A stretch of DNA of 22,919 bases from Pseudobdellovibrionaceae bacterium (GCA_044359815.1 JBIKLL010000039.1:1-22919), one strand, 5' to 3'; shown: positions 9,384 to 20,684, counted from the first letter of the stretch. Numbers and translations are program-made. Notes: generated by a model not told the origin, from the letters alone.

Positions 9384-10328
9384 TTAAGTAGTCGCCGGCA
9401 CCGCTCTGATCAAATTAAACTTTTCCATCACAATAATCAAAGGTGCTGCCACATAGATTGATGAGTAGGTTCCAAACAAAATACCCACACACAGTGCAAA
9501 GGCAATGTCGCTGACCGTTCCACCTGCAAACAAATACAGAGAAAATGCGGATGTAAAGACCGTTCCCGAGGTTATAAGAGTTCTGCCCAACATATCATTG
9601 ATGGATTTATTAATAATAAACTTAATCCCTTTATCACGGTACAAGTGCTCGGTTTCACGGATCCTATCAAACACCACAATGGTATCGTTAAGCGAATAAC
9701 CAATCAGAGTCAAAATTGCAGCCAAGATGGGAACGTTAACTTCCTTGCCCACTAAAACAAATACCCCCAGGGTAATGACGGCATCATGAAACAAACAAAC
9801 CACAGCACCTGGTGCGTATTTGTAATCAAATCGCAGTCCCACATAAATTAAAATCACCAATAAGCTATAAAACACCGCTAAAAATCCACTGCGTTTTAGC
9901 TCGGAACCCACCTGTGGACCAACCGAATCAACCCTTCTGATTTCGGGCTTGGCATCAGCAAACTTAGTTGCCAATGCTTCTTTTAAACCAAGCACAGCTT
10001 TATTTTGCAGATCATTGGTTTCTTTGTCTGAGCTTCCATGGGGGGTTTGAAATCTGATAATAAATTCTTCGGATCCGCCAAAAGCCTGAACTCCGACTTC
10101 AACCAACCCCAGCCCCTCAGTGGCAGTCCTGACATCGTCAATGGATTTAGATGATTGAAATTTAATTTGTATTTCGGTACCACCAGCAAAATCAATCCCG
10201 TAGGGTAAACCCTTTACCATCAAATATCCCAGACTGATGATCACTAAAAATAATGACACCCCTCCAAACATCCCTACCTTGCCAACGAAATCAAATTTTC
10301 CTGAACTTTCAGATTTTTTGTTATTCAT
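9384..10328 (-). CDS. secF: Protein translocase subunit SecF
   Basis: GIDFAGG, VGPQVG, GYSLNDTIVVFDRIRE, GTYSSIYVA. ATG 10328 has an AAAGGA SD. Confidence 0.96.
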   Translation of the reverse strand: MNNKKSESSGKFDFVGKVGMFGGVSLFLVIISLGYLMVKGLPYGIDFAGGTEIQIKFQSSKSIDDVRTATEGLGLVEVGVQAFGGSEEFIIRFQTPHGSSDKETNDLQNKAVLGLKEALATKFADAKPEIRRVDSVGPQVGSELKRSGFLAVFYSLLVILIYVGLRFDYKYAPGAVVCLFHDAVITLGVFVLVGKEVNVPILAAILTLIGYSLNDTIVVFDRIRETEHLYRDKGIKFIINKSINDMLGRTLITSGTVFTSAFSLYLFAGGTVSDIAFALCVGILFGTYSSIYVAAPLIIVMEKFNLIRAVPATT

Positions 10329-10338
10329 TTTCATTCCT

Positions 10339-12030
10339 TTAAACTGATAATTTCTTAATTCCAAATTTATGCACAATTATGTCTGCTAAAACTTTTGAAA
10401 TAAAAACGTTAGCAAAAAGCGTTGTCGCAATCCCTACAAGCAATGTCACAGCAAAACCTTTTACAGGTCCCGTTCCAAAATACAGTAGCACCGCCGCCGT
10501 ACCAGCAGTTGTGACGTTAGCATCCAGGATGGCAGACCAGGCTCTGTTGTAACCTTCTTCCAGAGCCATCATAAAACTGGAACCCTTGGCTAGCTCTTCA
10601 CGGATCCTTTCGTTAATCAAAACATTGGCATCAACAGCAAACCCCACTGTCAGTGCGATCCCTGCAATACCTGGCAATGTTAATGTGGCACCTAAAGAGC
10701 TTAATAATGCCAATACCGCCAAGACATTTACACCCAACGAAATATCTGCAACCAAACCCATGGCTTTGTATCTGATTAAAATAAATAAGATAATTGCCAA
10801 GGCTCCAATCAAACTGGCCATTTGGGCTTTTTTAACAGAGTCCGCCCCAAGACTGGGTCCGACCCTGCGCTCTTCCAACTGCTCAAGAGCCGCTGGCAAG
10901 GCACCCGCGCGCAATGATGTCGAAATCATTTTAGCTTCATCCATCATTTTGTTGCGATCACGTCCACCACCCAGAGTAATTTGAGCACTGCCCCCTGCAA
11001 TGGGTTCATTGATTCGTGGCGCTGATTTGATCACACGGTCTAAAACAATAGCCATGCTTTTACCCACATACTGAGTGGTCAAATCTTTAAATTTAACGGC
11101 ACCCACAGAATTAAATCTGAGCGATACAATCGGCGATCCATACTGGTCAAAAGACACAAAGGAATCATCTAAGTCAGAACCTGATAACCCCGAATCAGTT
11201 TTTACTAAAAAGGGAACTTTACCGGTTTCTAGATTTTGGGCGTTTTCTGATTTTTCAAAATAAACTACAGTGTTTGCTGGAAGCTTGGCTTTTAAATCCT
11301 GATTCACCCGGGTCACATAATCACTGTATTTCAAAGTGCCCAGATTATAATTGCCAGCTTTTTCAGCTTCTTCAATTAATTGAGGAAGCTGTTGAATAAT
11401 GGGGTCCTCTGACAAAGGCATAAAATCAAGCTTTGCAGTGGTGTTGATTAATTGCTTAGCTTTTTCGGCATCAGCCATTCCTGGCAATTGGACCAAGATT
11501 CGGTCTTCACCCTGTTGGGAAATCGACGGCTCTGCCACACCAAATTCATCGATACGATTTCTGATGGTTTCAATTGCTTGTCCGATCACGCGCTTTTTAT
11601 AATCCATCAAATAAGCATCGTAATACCTGACAACGAATTCGTTACCAGAACTTGAAATCACCTGCAGCATTGTAGAATATTTTTCTTCGATAAATTTAGA
11701 TATCTTGGCTTTGCTAGCCTCGTCACCAGCAACAATTGTCAGTTCACCCTGATCTGCCTTAGTGGCTTTGATTTCGGAAACTGCAATTGAATCCGCGGTC
11801 ATATCAGTCTTTAATTGTGTGGCTAATCTGTTGGTGCTTTCGCTAACCACTCCGTAAACATCAACACCCATCACCAGATGCAAGCCACCTTGGATGTCCA
11901 AGCCATAATTCAATTTTTTCTTAGTAGGCCACCAAGAGTTTTCAACATTGATAAAATTAGGCATCACCCACGCAAAGACGATCCCGATTCCGATTGCTGC
12001 TAAAATAAGTCTGAGTCTAAAATTTTCCAT
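10339..12030 (-). CDS. secD: Protein translocase subunit SecD
   Basis: GLDIQGG, RIDEFGVAEP, VGPSLG, AVDANVLINERIREE, GTGPVKGFA. Confidence 0.97.
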   Translation of the reverse strand: MENFRLRLILAAIGIGIVFAWVMPNFINVENSWWPTKKKLNYGLDIQGGLHLVMGVDVYGVVSESTNRLATQLKTDMTADSIAVSEIKATKADQGELTIVAGDEASKAKISKFIEEKYSTMLQVISSSGNEFVVRYYDAYLMDYKKRVIGQAIETIRNRIDEFGVAEPSISQQGEDRILVQLPGMADAEKAKQLINTTAKLDFMPLSEDPIIQQLPQLIEEAEKAGNYNLGTLKYSDYVTRVNQDLKAKLPANTVVYFEKSENAQNLETGKVPFLVKTDSGLSGSDLDDSFVSFDQYGSPIVSLRFNSVGAVKFKDLTTQYVGKSMAIVLDRVIKSAPRINEPIAGGSAQITLGGGRDRNKMMDEAKMISTSLRAGALPAALEQLEERRVGPSLGADSVKKAQMASLIGALAIILFILIRYKAMGLVADISLGVNVLAVLALLSSLGATLTLPGIAGIALTVGFAVDANVLINERIREELAKGSSFMMALEEGYNRAWSAILDANVTTAGTAAVLLYFGTGPVKGFAVTLLVGIATTLFANVFISKVLADIIVHKFGIKKLSV

Positions 12031-12046
12031 CTGTTAGTGCCTGCCT

Positions 12047-12340
12047 TTATTTTTTATCGCTTAAATATGCTGCCTGAGAGCCCGCGATTTGTCGTTTGAG
12101 CATTTTAACTTTGATTCCATTTGCAATTTCTAATGTCACCACTTGTTCGGTAAGCCCGTCAATAACTCCCAAAATACCGCTTTGTGTGACTACGGCATCG
12201 CCGCGTTTAAGTTCTTTGATAAAGCTTTCGTGCTTTTTCATGCGACTGCTTTGAGGTCTGATGATGAAAAAATAAAACACCACTAAAATCAGAATAAACG
12301 GAAAAAACATTTCCAGTGTTGATGGTTGTGCCGGATTCAA
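12047..12340 (-). CDS. yajC: Preprotein translocase subunit YajC
   Basis: FYFFIIRPQ, LKRGDAVVTQSGILG; lies between tgt and secD; GGAGG SD. Confidence 0.95.
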   Translation of the reverse strand: MNPAQPSTLEMFFPFILILVVFYFFIIRPQSSRMKKHESFIKELKRGDAVVTQSGILGVIDGLTEQVVTLEIANGIKVKMLKRQIAGSQAAYLSDKK

Positions 12341-12380
12341 AAATACCTCCCAGTTTTTTTAAAACCAGAGGTCATCATTT

Positions 12381-14515
<2,135 letters not shown>

Positions 14516-14581
14516 AAAACCTCAGTTCTTAAAAATTGTCCATGCGTTATTGTTGGTTTTGATAATTTTTTAGAGCGAACA

Positions 14582-14632
14582 CTCTATCAGTTTGTTTGAA
14601 TAAAGAGCTTCCGCTCTATCAGATTGTTTGAA
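14582..14632. promoter_or_regulatory. Pair of 19-bp direct repeats in the divergent queA/aceB intergenic region (candidate operator)
   Basis: CTCTATCAGTTTGTTTGAA (14582-14600) and CTCTATCAGATTGTTTGAA (14614-14632), 18/19 identical, period 32 bp. Confidence 0.5.
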
Positions 14633-14730
14633 ATTCGCAAATTATCTGCAGGCTGTCTTAAAAATCCCAGAGCTTGAATTTTTAAATCGCTGGGAACATT
14701 ATCTGGCAAATTACAAAATCGAGGTCGCTC

Positions 14731-16365
14731 TTGCCAAACAATCCTGCCAATAATAATTCAGCTCCTGGTATTAACAATGCAGCTTTTAGCGAAGCCCATA
14801 AAACTGTGCTAACTGATGATGCCATTAAATTTTTAAACGAACTTCATAAAAACTTTGATGCCGACAGATTGTCATTACTGCAAAAACGCCCGGTAAAACA
14901 AAAAGCCCTAAGCACTGGTGGCCAATTAAAATTTATCCAATCACAGGCCAACCTGGCTGCTGGCAATTGGACTGTGGCCCAAGCGCCCAGTGATCTGAAT
15001 GACAGAAGGGTTGAAATCACCGGCCCCGCGGAAGCTAAAATGATTATCAATGCCCTTAATTGTGGGGCCCGGGTTTTTATGGCGGATTTTGAGGATTCAT
15101 TAAGCCCTACCTTTGAAAATCTGATTTTTGGTCAGCAATCTCTCATGCAAGCCGTGCGAAAATCCTTAAGCCTGCAGGGTGAGAACGGAAAATCCTATAA
15201 ATTAAATCAACAACTAGCAACCCTGGTGGTGCGTCCCCGCGGACTGCATCTGCAGGAAGAAAACTTTTTGATCAATGGCAAATCAGCCAGCGGAAGCCTG
15301 TTTGATTTTGGACTTTATTTTTATCACAACGCCGCTCATTTGCTGCAAAACAGTTCAGGACCTTATTTTTATCTGCCAAAACTGGAAAGCGCCGAGGAAG
15401 CCGCTTGGTGGAACCGTGTTTTTGTATTTTCACAAGACTATTTAAAAATCCCTCAGGGCAGCGTGCGGGCGACGGTGTTGATAGAAACCATCACTGCGGC
15501 TTTTGAAATGGACGAAATTTTGTTTGTTCTGAAAGATCACATGGCAGGATTAAATGCCGGCAGATGGGATTATATTTTCAGTCTGATTAAGAAATTTAAT
15601 TTTGATAAAAATAAAATTTTGCCAGATCGAAAAGACGTCACCATGTCCACCCCACCCCTGCAGGCTTATTGCGAACTACTGGTACAAACCTGTCACAAAC
15701 GCAAGGCCCACGCTATCGGTGGAATGTCGGCCTTTATACCCAACCGCAGGGAACCCGAAGTCACAGAAAAAGCTCTGTCACAGGTCACAAACGATAAAAA
15801 ACGCGAAGCCGGCATTGGCTTTGATGGAACTTGGGTGGCCCATCCGGATTTGGTTTTAGTAGCTCAAAAAGAATTTGATGCAGTCTTGGCTAAAAACCCT
15901 AATCAAAAATCAAAAATACCATCAGCCAATGTCAGCGAAGCCCAATTGATCAATGTTTCAGCTATACCCGGTAAAATCACCGAAGCTGGGATTCAAAACA
16001 ATATTAACGTAGCCTTGCAATATATTGATAAATGGCTATCAGGGGTCGGAGCTGCCGCCATTCACAATCTGATGGAAGACGCTGCCACTGCTGAAATTTC
16101 CCGAAGCCAATTGTGGCAATGGGTGCATCACCAATGCAAAACAGATTCTGGGAAAACCATCACGGCAGAAATGATTGAATCCGGAATTAAAAAAGAAGTT
16201 TCAATTTTGAGTGGTGATCATTTAACACTGTCTGCAAAAATCCTGTCGGATTTAGTTTTAAATCCAGAGTTTGCGGAATTTTTAACTTTAAAAGCTTACA
16301 AATATTTAAACACAAAAAAGGAGACCCCACATGAGTCAAACACTACTAAAAACTTGGACAACTGA
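14731..16365 (+). CDS. aceB: Malate synthase A
   Basis: [54 protein letters not shown]. Confidence 0.97.
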   Translation: MPNNPANNNSAPGINNAAFSEAHKTVLTDDAIKFLNELHKNFDADRLSLLQKRPVKQKALSTGGQLKFIQSQANLAAGNWTVAQAPSDLNDRRVEITGPAEAKMIINALNCGARVFMADFEDSLSPTFENLIFGQQSLMQAVRKSLSLQGENGKSYKLNQQLATLVVRPRGLHLQEENFLINGKSASGSLFDFGLYFYHNAAHLLQNSSGPYFYLPKLESAEEAAWWNRVFVFSQDYLKIPQGSVRATVLIETITAAFEMDEILFVLKDHMAGLNAGRWDYIFSLIKKFNFDKNKILPDRKDVTMSTPPLQAYCELLVQTCHKRKAHAIGGMSAFIPNRREPEVTEKALSQVTNDKKREAGIGFDGTWVAHPDLVLVAQKEFDAVLAKNPNQKSKIPSANVSEAQLINVSAIPGKITEAGIQNNINVALQYIDKWLSGVGAAAIHNLMEDAATAEISRSQLWQWVHHQCKTDSGKTITAEMIESGIKKEVSILSGDHLTLSAKILSDLVLNPEFAEFLTLKAYKYLNTKKETPHESNTTKNLDN

Positions 16366-17605
16366 CCCCCGCTGGAAAGGCATTGAGCGCAGCTACAAGG
16401 TCGAAGATGTTTTAAATCTGCGACCTTCCATACCCGTAAAACACACAATCGCTGAATTGGGTTCAAAAAGATTGTGGGGGCAATTGCAAGAATCAGGATA
16501 CACGAATACTTTTGGCGCATTGACTGGAGCTCAAGCTGTGCAGATGGTGAAAGCTGGTTTGCGATCAATTTATCTGAGCGGTTGGCAAGTAGCTGCAGAT
16601 AACAATCTGTCAGGACAGACTTATCCAGATCAAAGTTTATATCCATCAAACAGTGTGCCCAATGTTGTAAAACGTATTAACAATGCTTTTATCCGAGCTG
16701 ATCAGATCGAAAGAGCCAGCGGTAAAAAAGGCTTAGGTGAAAACTGGTACGCACCCATCGTTGCTGATGCCGAAGCCGGATTTGGTGGTCCCCTGCACGC
16801 TTTTGAATTAATGAAATCCATGATCGAAGCCGGTGCCAGTGGTGTGCATTTTGAGGACCAATTAGCCGCCGAAAAAAAATGCGGCCATTTAGCTGGTAAA
16901 GTTTTAGTTCCTACGGCTAATTTTGTCAGAACATTGCAAGCTGCCAGACTGGCTGCTGACGTGTTGGACGTACCATCTGTGATCATCGCCAGAACTGATG
17001 CATTGAGCGCCACATTGATGACATCAGATATTGATCCAGCTGATAAGCCATTTTTGACCAGCGAAAGAACTCCAGAAGGATATTATGTGATCAAAGGCGG
17101 ATTAGAATACGCTATTGCCAGATCACTGGCCTATGCACCATGGGCTGATGTATTGTGGTTTGAAACTTCAAAACCAGATATGAAAGAAGCTGCAGCGTTT
17201 GCTAAGGCCATTCATGCAAAATACCCTGGTAAAATATTGGCCTACAATTGCAGCCCAAGCTTTAATTGGAAGCTTCATTTAAATGAAAAAGAAATCGCAG
17301 GTTTTCAAAAAGATCTAAATGCCCTGGGATACAAATTTCATTTTATCACTCTGGCTGGTTGGCATTTGATTAATTATCACACCTTTGATTTGGCTCACAA
17401 TTATGTGAAATCCGATATGACTGCCTATGTGGAACTGCAGGAAAAAGAATTTGATGCTGCAAAACACGGGTATTCTGCGGTCAAACACCAGGCCGAGGTT
17501 GGAACTGGGTATTTTGATAAGGTGCTTGAAACCATCACTCAAGGCACGGCTTCAACCGGAGCATTGAAGGGATCTACCGAAGAGCAGTTTAACGCTCATT
17601 TGTAG
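16331..17605 (+). CDS. aceA: Isocitrate lyase
   Basis: [17 protein letters not shown], catalytic [15 protein letters not shown]. Confidence 0.98.
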   Translation: MSQTLLKTWTTDPRWKGIERSYKVEDVLNLRPSIPVKHTIAELGSKRLWGQLQESGYTNTFGALTGAQAVQMVKAGLRSIYLSGWQVAADNNLSGQTYPDQSLYPSNSVPNVVKRINNAFIRADQIERASGKKGLGENWYAPIVADAEAGFGGPLHAFELMKSMIEAGASGVHFEDQLAAEKKCGHLAGKVLVPTANFVRTLQAARLAADVLDVPSVIIARTDALSATLMTSDIDPADKPFLTSERTPEGYYVIKGGLEYAIARSLAYAPWADVLWFETSKPDMKEAAAFAKAIHAKYPGKILAYNCSPSFNWKLHLNEKEIAGFQKDLNALGYKFHFITLAGWHLINYHTFDLAHNYVKSDMTAYVELQEKEFDAAKHGYSAVKHQAEVGTGYFDKVLETITQGTASTGALKGSTEEQFNAHL

Positions 17606-17631
17606 TTGGTCTGTACGTAAGTTTTGAAAGC

Positions 17632-17950
17632 ATGTTTGGCTTTTTTGATGTGAAAAAGGCATTAAAAAAGCTCAGACATACGTTTTGCAGCGGTGCTCGC
17701 TTTTAGCGAGCACACGCACAAATCCGAACTCGTTTTTTAATGCCTTTTCCACATCAAAAAAATCAAACATACATTCTGCATTGGCGCCAACTACTTACCG
17801 GCACACGCACAAATCCGAACTCGTTTTTTAATGCCTTTTCCACATCAAAAAAATCAAACATACATTCTGCATTGGCGCTAACTACTTACCGGCACACGCA
17901 CAAATCCGAACTCGTTTTTTAATGCCTTTTCCACATCAAAAAAATCAAAC
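17632..17950. repeat. 91-bp tandem repeat (about 2.65 copies) preceded by an inverted partial copy
   Basis: 59-bp block GCACACGCAC...AAATCAAAC at 17710, 17801 and 17892, separated by 32-bp linkers differing at one base. 17632-17669 is an inverted copy (35/38) of 17733-17770. Hairpin GTGCTCGC-TTTTA-GCGAGCAC at 17693-17713. Confidence 0.95.
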
Positions 17951-17978
17951 CTGGGTTCGGCAACAAATTGTAATGCAG

Positions 17979-18008
17979 AAAAAAAAAGCGGAGCTTTTGG
18001 CTCCGCTT
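17979..18008 (-). terminator. Intrinsic terminator for a minus-strand transcript
   Basis: GCGGAGC-CAAAA-GCTCCGC followed by 9 T on the minus strand. Confidence 0.85.
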
Positions 18009-18066
18009 GACTGATAAGGGGAACCACCTAAACCCTGATCAGTCGATAAACTTTGAATTTAAAAAA

Positions 18067-18210
18067 CTAAAATTCCCTAAAACTATTCGAGCCATCAAAT
18101 TTGACTGCGCGCCTTTTCTGAAATGTAAACATCGTCCAAAGCGATGCCAGCACCAGTGTTGAGTGCAACAGCATAAAAATAATCAAATATTTAAAATCTA
18201 TAAATTCCAT
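18067..18210 (-). CDS. Small single-pass membrane protein, 47 aa
   Basis: MEFIDFKYLIIFMLLHSTLVLASLWTMFTFQKRRAVKFDGSNSFREF*; GGGGGGA SD just upstream, terminator downstream. Shorter than any ORF in the track. Confidence 0.65.
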   Translation of the reverse strand: MEFIDFKYLIIFMLLHSTLVLASLWTMFTFQKRRAVKFDGSNSFREF

Positions 18211-18543
18211 TTAATCCCCCCGGTTTACGGTGCCCTTGTTTTTACAAACCAATCATTGGTGTCCCAAGCCTTCAATTGGAGTTAAAGTCCGTCCTAGACT
18301 TTCCCCTCCCCTACAAAACCCTTTGCAAAACCTGACTGGCTACCTGATCCAAATACGTTCCGCTGTTAAGCTGCAGATTACCTGCTCAGGCTTTGCTGTC
18401 GGCATCCATGCCTTTCATAGATTAAGACGCTGCGGCCTGTAAAACTGGTTAATGAATAGGCTCAAAATTGTTTTTTTCTGGACCTGCCTGGGGGCTGTCC
18501 TCAATACTCGTCGAGCAAACCATAAACAAATAGGGGGATATTT

Positions 18544-18984
18544 ATGAAAGCTGTTTTAGCGTTTTTAACGGTAGCATTATTGCAAACAGTGGCTTTTGCG
18601 CAGGCACAAACTGCCGATCAACTGAACGAAGAATTAAAGGTCACATTACTGAACCACAAACAAAGTGTTACCATTGGTAGCTGCCGCTTTTCAAACCACG
18701 AAGGCATAGTATCTCTAGTCACTAACGACTATGCCTATTATTTAGTATTTGGACAAAATCCACAGGTAATCAGAAATCAACAGCCTGGTGTGGTTCAGAT
18801 CATCAGCCAGAATCCAAATCAAGCAAGGGCCGTTGTGACTTTGCGGGCTTCACCAACAAATGCGAAATTGTTTAATTCTGTTGTTTATGAAAGATACTTA
18901 TGGGGCAAAATCAATGATGGTTCTGCGGCCGATCCAATCATCCGAGATGGCTGGGTACCGAACATTTTATTTAACTGTAAATAG
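18544..18984 (+). CDS. Hypothetical secreted protein
   Basis: AGGGGGA SD, Sec signal peptide MKAVLAFLTVALLQTVAFA. Confidence 0.85.
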   Translation: MKAVLAFLTVALLQTVAFAQAQTADQLNEELKVTLLNHKQSVTIGSCRFSNHEGIVSLVTNDYAYYLVFGQNPQVIRNQQPGVVQIISQNPNQARAVVTLRASPTNAKLFNSVVYERYLWGKINDGSAADPIIRDGWVPNILFNCK

Positions 18985-19002
18985 TTTGAGTTAACTTATC
19001 GA

Positions 19003-19087
19003 GCGCGGATGGTGGAATTGGTAGACACGTATGTTTGAGGGGCATATGTCGAAAGACGTGGGGGTTCAAGTCCCCCTTCGCGCACCA
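19003..19087 (+). tRNA. tRNA-Leu (anticodon GAG)
   Basis: Acceptor GCGCGGA/TTCGCGC, discriminator A, encoded CCA; anticodon arm TATGT-TTGAGGG-GCATA; long variable arm GTC-GAAA-GAC; T arm GGGGG-TTCAAGT-CCCCC. Confidence 0.98.
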
Positions 19088-19156
19088 ACTAAAATAAAAA
19101 AGCCGGGTTCACCCCGGCTTTTTTATTTTACGTGGTCTGTGAATTGGGGACTTGAA
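19082..19156 (+). repeat. Left copy of ~75-bp direct repeat (tRNA 3' end + terminator + inverted T-arm copy)
   Basis: Matches 22619-22694 with 3 substitutions and 1 indel; last 55 bp identical. Confidence 0.95.
19090..19130 (+). terminator. Bidirectional intrinsic terminator after tRNA-Leu
   Basis: Perfect 18-bp inverted repeat TAAAATAAAAAAGCCGGG-TTCAC-CCCGGCTTTTTTATTTTA. Confidence 0.9.
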
Positions 19157-19357
19157 GAAAAGGTCATGTCCCGCAGTCAAAGCGACCTTTGGAAGCTTTG
19201 GATGCGAGGGCAAAATTGCTGAGCAATTTTGAATGACCGATGCCGGTTCTGGCAGACGGATGAGCCTGATGCGAATCCGTCGAGAAGACCAAGTCCCCTC
19301 TTTTTCAACATATGAGCAAGCGGGAGGCTTGCGAATGGATTGGTCAAGTCCCCCTTC
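19146..19357. other. Multi-hairpin element bounded by tRNA T-arm copies
   Basis: GGGGACTTGAA (19146-19156, reverse complement of tRNA 19065-19075), CAAGTCCCC (19290-19298), TCAAGTCCCCCTTC (19344-19357 = tRNA 19066-19079), plus four internal stems. Confidence 0.75.
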
Positions 19358-19485
19358 CCCCGCAATCTGCATAGGATACATTCCTTTGCTACCCTTGCTT
19401 CAGAAGGCTCAGACATGGTGATATTTTATCAGACCAAAAGGATTTGGTTTTGGCAACGCCATGCAAATTCGGCTAAACTCAAAAG

Positions 19486-20022
19486 GTGGATTTACAAATC
19501 ATACCGGCTACTCAAGAACATATACCTTTAATCAGCTCTTTAGGAGCGAAGACTTTTTCAGAAACCTATCTCGCGATAATCCCAAGTCGAGCTGAGATCG
19601 TAAAAGCGTATGTGGACGAGAACTTCTCCAGGGAAAAAATTCTTGATGAAATGTCTGATGGCAAAGTGCAATTCTTCATAGTCGAGGCCGACACCGAAAC
19701 TATTGGTTATGCAAAGATCGTCGAAAGCCAGCCTCCTGGCCAGGTAAAGAATCGTCCCACGATCGAGCTTGAGCGGATTTACTTAGATAAATCTAGAGTA
19801 GGGAAAGGTTTAGGTAAGAAGATCCTCTCAAGGATTTCAACAAAAGTTAGGACTGAGGGATTTAAATCGATGTGGCTTGCCGTATTTGACCAAAACAAAT
19901 CCGCTATAGATTTCTATCGCCGCGAAGGCTTCCAAGAAGTCGGCCAACGAAAGTTTGAGTTTGAATGGAATGGCCTGCAATACTCGGATTGTGATTTGCT
20001 TTTTGAGCTTCCTCTTTCCTAG
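19486..20022 (+). CDS. GNAT family N-acetyltransferase (PaiA-like)
   Basis: KTFSETY, IGYAK, ELERIYL...GKGLGK, MWLAVFDQNKSAIDFYRREGF. Confidence 0.9.
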   Translation: MDLQIIPATQEHIPLISSLGAKTFSETYLAIIPSRAEIVKAYVDENFSREKILDEMSDGKVQFFIVEADTETIGYAKIVESQPPGQVKNRPTIELERIYLDKSRVGKGLGKKILSRISTKVRTEGFKSMWLAVFDQNKSAIDFYRREGFQEVGQRKFEFEWNGLQYSDCDLLFELPLS

Positions 20023-20106
20023 GACCCATAACCACTGCATTTTAGTCGGTCTTCAAATCTTTAACCTCAGCATTCCTGATGCCCTTTAACTTTTTGGACA
20101 AATCTA

Positions 20107-20135
20107 TTGACTTTGTGTCCCAGATATGGGACATT
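20107..20135 (+). promoter_or_regulatory. TA operon promoter with palindromic operator
   Basis: TTGACT (20107-20112), 17-bp spacer, GACATT; palindrome TGTCCCA-GATA-TGGGACA (20116-20133) covers the spacer and -10. Confidence 0.7.
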
Positions 20136-20143
20136 GGTCACTA

Positions 20144-20318
20144 GTGAAACCAGCTGTTTTTCAACCTCAAGCTAGATCTGAAATGCATGAATTCCCTGAG
20201 GACGTTCGGCGTGAGTTTGGTAAGGCTATTTTTGACCTGCAAAAGGGTTCTAAATTATCCATGCCGGTTTCACGTCGGGAAAAAACGACTGAAGGAGCTT
20301 CTTTATGAAAAAAAATAA
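20144..20318 (+). pseudogene. RelE/HigB (Gp49-like) toxin with internal deletion and frameshift
   Basis: MKPAVFQPQARSEMHEFPEDVRREFGKAIFDLQKG...MPVSR joined out of frame to VGKKRLKELLYEKK* (20274-20318); the central part expected for the family is absent. Confidence 0.75.
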
Positions 20319-20607
20319 ATCCACGGTAACTAGAAATGCGACGGAACTTGCAGAGGCCCTTGGATTAAGTCCTGCTGATGGATTAGAAATCGAAGTTCGA
20401 AGCGACCTCAACGATAAAATCATTGAAGTCGTGAAGAAAAAAACTTTGACCCATGCCCAGGTTGCTAAACTTGCAAAGACTTCTCGAACTAGAATCACCG
20501 CTTTAATCAACAGGAATACTAAAGACATCTCCACGGATTTAATGCTGCGGGTTTTAGCTGCGCTTGGTGTGCACGCAAAAATCCAGTTTAGAAACACCTC
20601 TGCATAA
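20305..20607 (+). CDS. XRE-family HTH antitoxin (HigA-like)
   Basis: LTHAQVAKLAKTSRTRITALIN...ISTDLMLRVLAALG; AAGGAG SD; directly follows the toxin remnant. Confidence 0.88.
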   Translation: MKKNKSTVTRNATELAEALGLSPADGLEIEVRSDLNDKIIEVVKKKTLTHAQVAKLAKTSRTRITALINRNTKDISTDLMLRVLAALGVHAKIQFRNTSA

Positions 20608-20642
20608 ATTTAGACGCTTTAAGACCCTATCGTCGCTCTCTA

Positions 20643-20684
20643 TATGCAGGATGTATAGCTTAGAAAATTGTCCTGGCAAGCAAT
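20643..20684 (+). repeat. 42-bp repeat, copy A
   Basis: 38/42 identical to 22751-22792; contains TATGCA-GGA-TGTATA hairpin. Confidence 0.9.

Noticed and set aside
14516..14730. preQ1 riboswitch upstream of queA
   Set aside because: No preQ1 aptamer pattern recognised on the minus strand.
17740..17922. 60-aa ORF in the repeat
   Set aside because: By-product of the tandem repeat.
17710..17950. CRISPR array (59-bp repeats with 32-bp spacers)
   Set aside because: The two spacers differ at only one base, the repeat is unusually long, and no cas genes are present; it is a tandem repeat.
18325..18420. c-di-GMP-I riboswitch, SRP RNA or 6S RNA
   Set aside because: GCAAAGCC and GGTAGCCAG resemble riboswitch fragments, but the GAAA tetraloop stem and receptor are missing; no SRP or 6S signature found by eye.
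19031..19531. Cluster of 60-90 aa ORFs over the tRNA and spacer
   Set aside because: They overlap the tRNA, terminator and hairpin element and lack SDs or motifs.
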